From Malacoraja senta (taxonomy: Eukaryota), in contig CM075987.1 in NCBI GenBank assembly GCA_038087875.1, positions 24,554,001 through 24,618,000 of the forward strand: a stretch of 64,000 bases of DNA, given 5' to 3'. Each line of letters opens with the position of its first letter. The first letter of the stretch is position 1. The notes below the pieces were generated by a model. The model had not been told where the DNA came from. It did no database searches and saw only the letters and a list, made by a program, of their open reading frames with translations. This document shows, one piece after another, positions 60,345 through 64,000 of this stretch. The translations under genes and the position numbers were made by a program.

Positions 60345-61974
60345 CAGGTTTGTAGGTTTAATTGGCTTGGTGTAAATGTGACTTGTAAATGTACAATGTA
60401 CAATTTACAAATGCAAATGTACCAAACGTACAACTGTAAATATAAATTGTCCACATTGGGTGTCGGAATCGCTGGTCGGCACGGACTCGGTGGGCCGAAG
60501 GGCCTGTTTCCGCGCTGTATCTCCACACTTAACTAAACTAACATTTACATTTACTTCCCCGCAGCCATCAGGCTATAAAACCTGGCTCGGACAAAACACT
60601 GAACTTTATTAGCCAATAAACTGTTATTTGCACTTTATCCGTATATTGATTCATGTGGGTATATATTTATAGAATGCCTTGTAGTCAATGCCTACTATGT
60701 TGTGTTGTGCTGAAGCAAAGCAAGAATTTCATTGTCCTACCAGGGACACATGACAATAAACTCACTTGAACTTGAACATTTAAATTAGGGACTTTTGGTT
60801 TGACGAATGGATATGCAGGGAATGGAGGGATATGGATTAAAAGCCGGCACATAAGAGTTGGTAAAACCTGTTTTAAATGTTGAAAATATATTCTTACACA
60901 TTCCGTCTGCTCCACTGCAAACCCCCACAAGGTGTGTCTACTTTGAAGAAGTTCTCCTCCTCTCTCTGCGAGAATTCTGCACCTTCTCTCCAGAGATGCC
61001 GCCTGTCCCGCTGAGTTACTCCAGCTTTTTGTGCCTATCTTTGCAACTATATCCCATGGTTCTTTTTATCCCGAGACTGATGAAATACTTTTGTTGTTGA
61101 CATGTCTCCAGGGCGCAGACTCGGTGGGCCGAAGGGCCCGTTTGCGCGCTGTATCTCTGAACAAAACGAAACGTTCAGATATTCTGGAAAGTCCCTCTTC
61201 GATTGAAGGATGGCGCCTTAGACAGAGTGGCAATCATCCCAATGTGAAAGAGAAACAAGAGCCGCCACTATCCAAACTACTGTTTGAGTCAATCCATGTG
61301 ATACCTTCAGCACCGAAGATACAATTGCGAGGATTTATTGCAGAGAAGGACGCGCCACCTTTTCCATTTAAGGTCACTTCACGGTTTCATTCACCGTTTA
61401 ACTTTCCAGCAGGGTAACTGGGCAGTAAAATTCACAGGACAGGATCATAAAGCAAAGGGAATCTGGAGAAAATTAATTCCTACTTGTTCACATCTGACCT
61501 ATTCCCTGCAGTTCCAAGACTAAAGCCAACCTGCAATGGAAAATGGAAGATCAAAGGAGACATATCTCATGCTTCTGAATGGCGTACTCGCCAAGAATCA
61601 TTATTGGCTGGACGAAGATGGCTCACTCTGTGTTGGAATCCACCACTTATAACCAACGGGAGATCGATCTCCCGCCCGCATCACTGGGAAAGAGCAACAT
61701 AATTGATGCTCTCCTATAAGCCAGACGTAGAGGTTGATGCCAGAAACATAAAAGTGGCTGCAGCTGTATCTTGACCTTTTCGTTTAAATCACTCCACGAT
61801 TTCCAGCAACAAGAGATTTCTGTCGAGCCTCTCCCAGTACGTGACGCTCGTTTCCACAACACGTTCGACTGAACTGGCCTTATAGTTCGGGGATTGCTTG
61901 AGGAGAAAGAATTGTGTTGCGTAAAGTCCCAATTGGTTTGTCGGAAACCCAACACCAAAACTATAGTCTGAAGT

Positions 61975-62502
61975 CTATAATTTGAGGAAGGACATTCTTG
62001 CTATTGAGGGAGTGCAGCGTAGGTTTACAAGGTTAATTCCCGGGATGGCGGGACTGTCATATGCTGAGAGAATGGAGCAGCGGGGCTTGTACACTGGAGT
62101 TTAGAAGGATGAGAGGGCATCTCATTGAAACATATCAGATTGTTAAGGGCTTGGACACGCTAGAGGCAGGAAACATGTTCCCGATGTTGGGGGAGTCCAG
62201 AACCAGGGGCCACAGTTTAAGAATAAGGAGTAAGCCATTTAGAAAGGAAACGAAGAAACACTTTTTCTCACAGAGAGTGGTGAGTCTGTGGAATTCTCTG
62301 CCTCAGAGGGTGGTGGAGGCAGGTTCTCTGGATGCTTTCAAGAGAGAGCTAGATAGGGCTCTTAAAAATAGCGGAGTCAGGGGATATGGGGAGAAGGCAG
62401 GAACAGGGTACTGATTGGGGATGATCAGCCATGATCACATTGAATGGCGGTGCTGGCTCGAAGGGCCGAATGGCCTACTCTTGCACCTATTGTCTATTGT
62501 CT
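61975..62502 (+). mobile_element. CR1 3' fragment (same family as 15411-16000), followed by a PLE terminus at about 62504-62602
   Basis: RKDILAIEGVQRRFTRLIPG...GYGEKAGTGY*. Confidence 0.9.
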
Positions 62503-62825
62503 AAGTCTGAAGAAGGGTCTCGACCCGAAATGCCACCCATTCCTTCTCTCCAGAGGTGCTGCCTGTCCCGCTGAGTTACTCCAGCATTTTGTGTCTATCT
62601 TTGGCCAAAACTGTAGCCCTTCCAGTGCACCTCAGGAACAGAAAGTAGGGTCCACATCTGTCCCTGTCACATACGCCTACAGCTGCAATCAGTTCCCAGA
62701 AAATCTAGCGTACAAAATATTACCTCAGAGACATCTTCTGACAAATTCATACTCAGCATTACATTTTTCTCAGAATGGAAAAGAATTGAATGGAGGTCCC
62801 ATTTATCAAAGAGTGAAAGTAAATT

Positions 62826-63141
62826 GGGGCGGCACAGTGGCGCAGCGGTAGGGTTGCTGTCTTACAGTGCTTACAGCGCCGGAGACCCGGGTTCGATCCC
62901 GACTATGGGTGCTGTCTGTACAGAGTTTGAACGTTCTCCCCGTGACCTGCGTGAGTTTTCTCTGAGATCTTTGGTTTCCTCCCACACTCCAAAGATGTAC
63001 AGGTTTGTAGGTTAATTGGCTTGGTACAAATGTAAATTGTCCCCAGTGTGTGTAGGATAGTGCGGGGATCGCTGGTCAGTGTGGACTCGGTGGGCCAAAG
63101 CGCCTGTTTCTGCGCTGTATCTCTTATGTTGACTAAACTAA
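62826..63141 (+). mobile_element. V-SINE
   Basis: Box A TGGCGCAGCGG, box B GGTTCGATCC, V-domain, tail. Confidence 0.9.
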
Positions 63142-63623
63142 ATGTGACAGGAGGAAACTGTGGTCTTAATGGTTGCCTTCGGTTGCATAAGATTTCTCCG
63201 TTCATTTTTTAATTCAATATTTCATCTTGGGATGGCAATGACTCCCTTTTTGTTGCTCATCGCAAGGAACTGGTGGTGAACTGCCTTCTTGAGAGATTGG
63301 ACTTAATTTGGAGCCAGTTCGATTTTGGCTGGGTGATGATGGATGATAGTTCCAGATCAGAGCGCTCTCCAATTTTGATGGAAAGATGGTGACATGCCCC
63401 CCTGCACCTTCTGCGTTCATTCAAAACACCAGAGGTAGCTAATTTGAAGATAGTTGGATTGTTGGCCAAAACTGTATCTTTGATGAACATGGCTGATCAT
63501 CCCCAATCAGTTCCTGCCTTCTCCCCATATCCCCTGACTGCGCTATTTTGAGATAGTCGGAAAGTTGGATTGAAAACTGCAGTTAGTGAAAGTCAGCGGC
63601 CACCGTGAGCCGCGAGTGGAGGG

Positions 63624-63935
63624 AATAGTAAGATTAAACGAGAACTTACCTAAGTTTGAAGTTTGATCTTTATTTTATGAGGAGTTACGTAGGTGATTAC
63701 GTGAAGAACCCCGCCAGTGCGCCTGCGCGTCAATCTTCAAAGCAGCGGTGTGAAATCACAAAAAACAACAACCGAAGTAATATAGTCTCATAATAAAACG
63801 AGTAATACAAGAACTTCCATCTGACCTTTATGATAAAGGGTAGGGTCGTGGTGGCCACGTAATCACCTACGTAACTCCTCATAAAATAAAGATCAAACTT
63901 CAAACTTAGGTAAGTTCTCGTTTAATCTTACTATT
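63624..63935. repeat. Perfect 80-bp inverted repeat, possibly the terminus of a DIRS-like (tyrosine-recombinase) element running off the window
   Basis: 63624-63703 is the exact reverse complement of 63856-63935, with a 152-bp spacer; the family call is tentative. Confidence 0.8.
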
Positions 63936-64000
63936 TTACTTCGGAGTCACGTGAAGCTGACTACGTGAAGATTTTAAAGCTTTGTGATTTCAATGCCGTG

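Overview
This is eukaryotic genomic DNA, almost certainly from a cartilaginous fish and probably a skate or ray; that call is inferred from the repeat content (V-domain tRNA-SINEs of the elasmobranch HE1 type, CR1 LINEs, Rex1/Babar). I found no recognisable host protein-coding exon, so the window is intronic or intergenic and roughly half or more is mobile-element derived. Contents: about 40 full or partial V-SINE copies; 5'-truncated CR1, Rex1/Babar and L1 fragments; more than 25 short Penelope-like (PLE) terminal fragments, many carrying a hammerhead-ribozyme-like motif and often inserted as fold-back pairs with 14-22 bp target duplications; several PIF/Harbinger-type MITE families (TTA/TAA TSD); two hAT-type MITE families; a degenerate 5S rRNA copy; a perfect 80-bp inverted repeat (possibly DIRS-like) at the right edge; two 200-N scaffold gaps. 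The only long real ORF (2167-3957) is a CR1 reverse transcriptase that is an in-frame chimera of two nested CR1 copies. The most interesting signals are the ribozyme-like non-coding PLE family and its target-capturing tandem arrays, a templated insertion inside a young CR1, same-site Harbinger insertions, a 5S-SINE fusion and a 950-bp non-coding L2-tailed element. Repeat boundaries without a stated TSD are approximate (about +/-10 bp). Family names come from my recognition of motifs, not from database searches.
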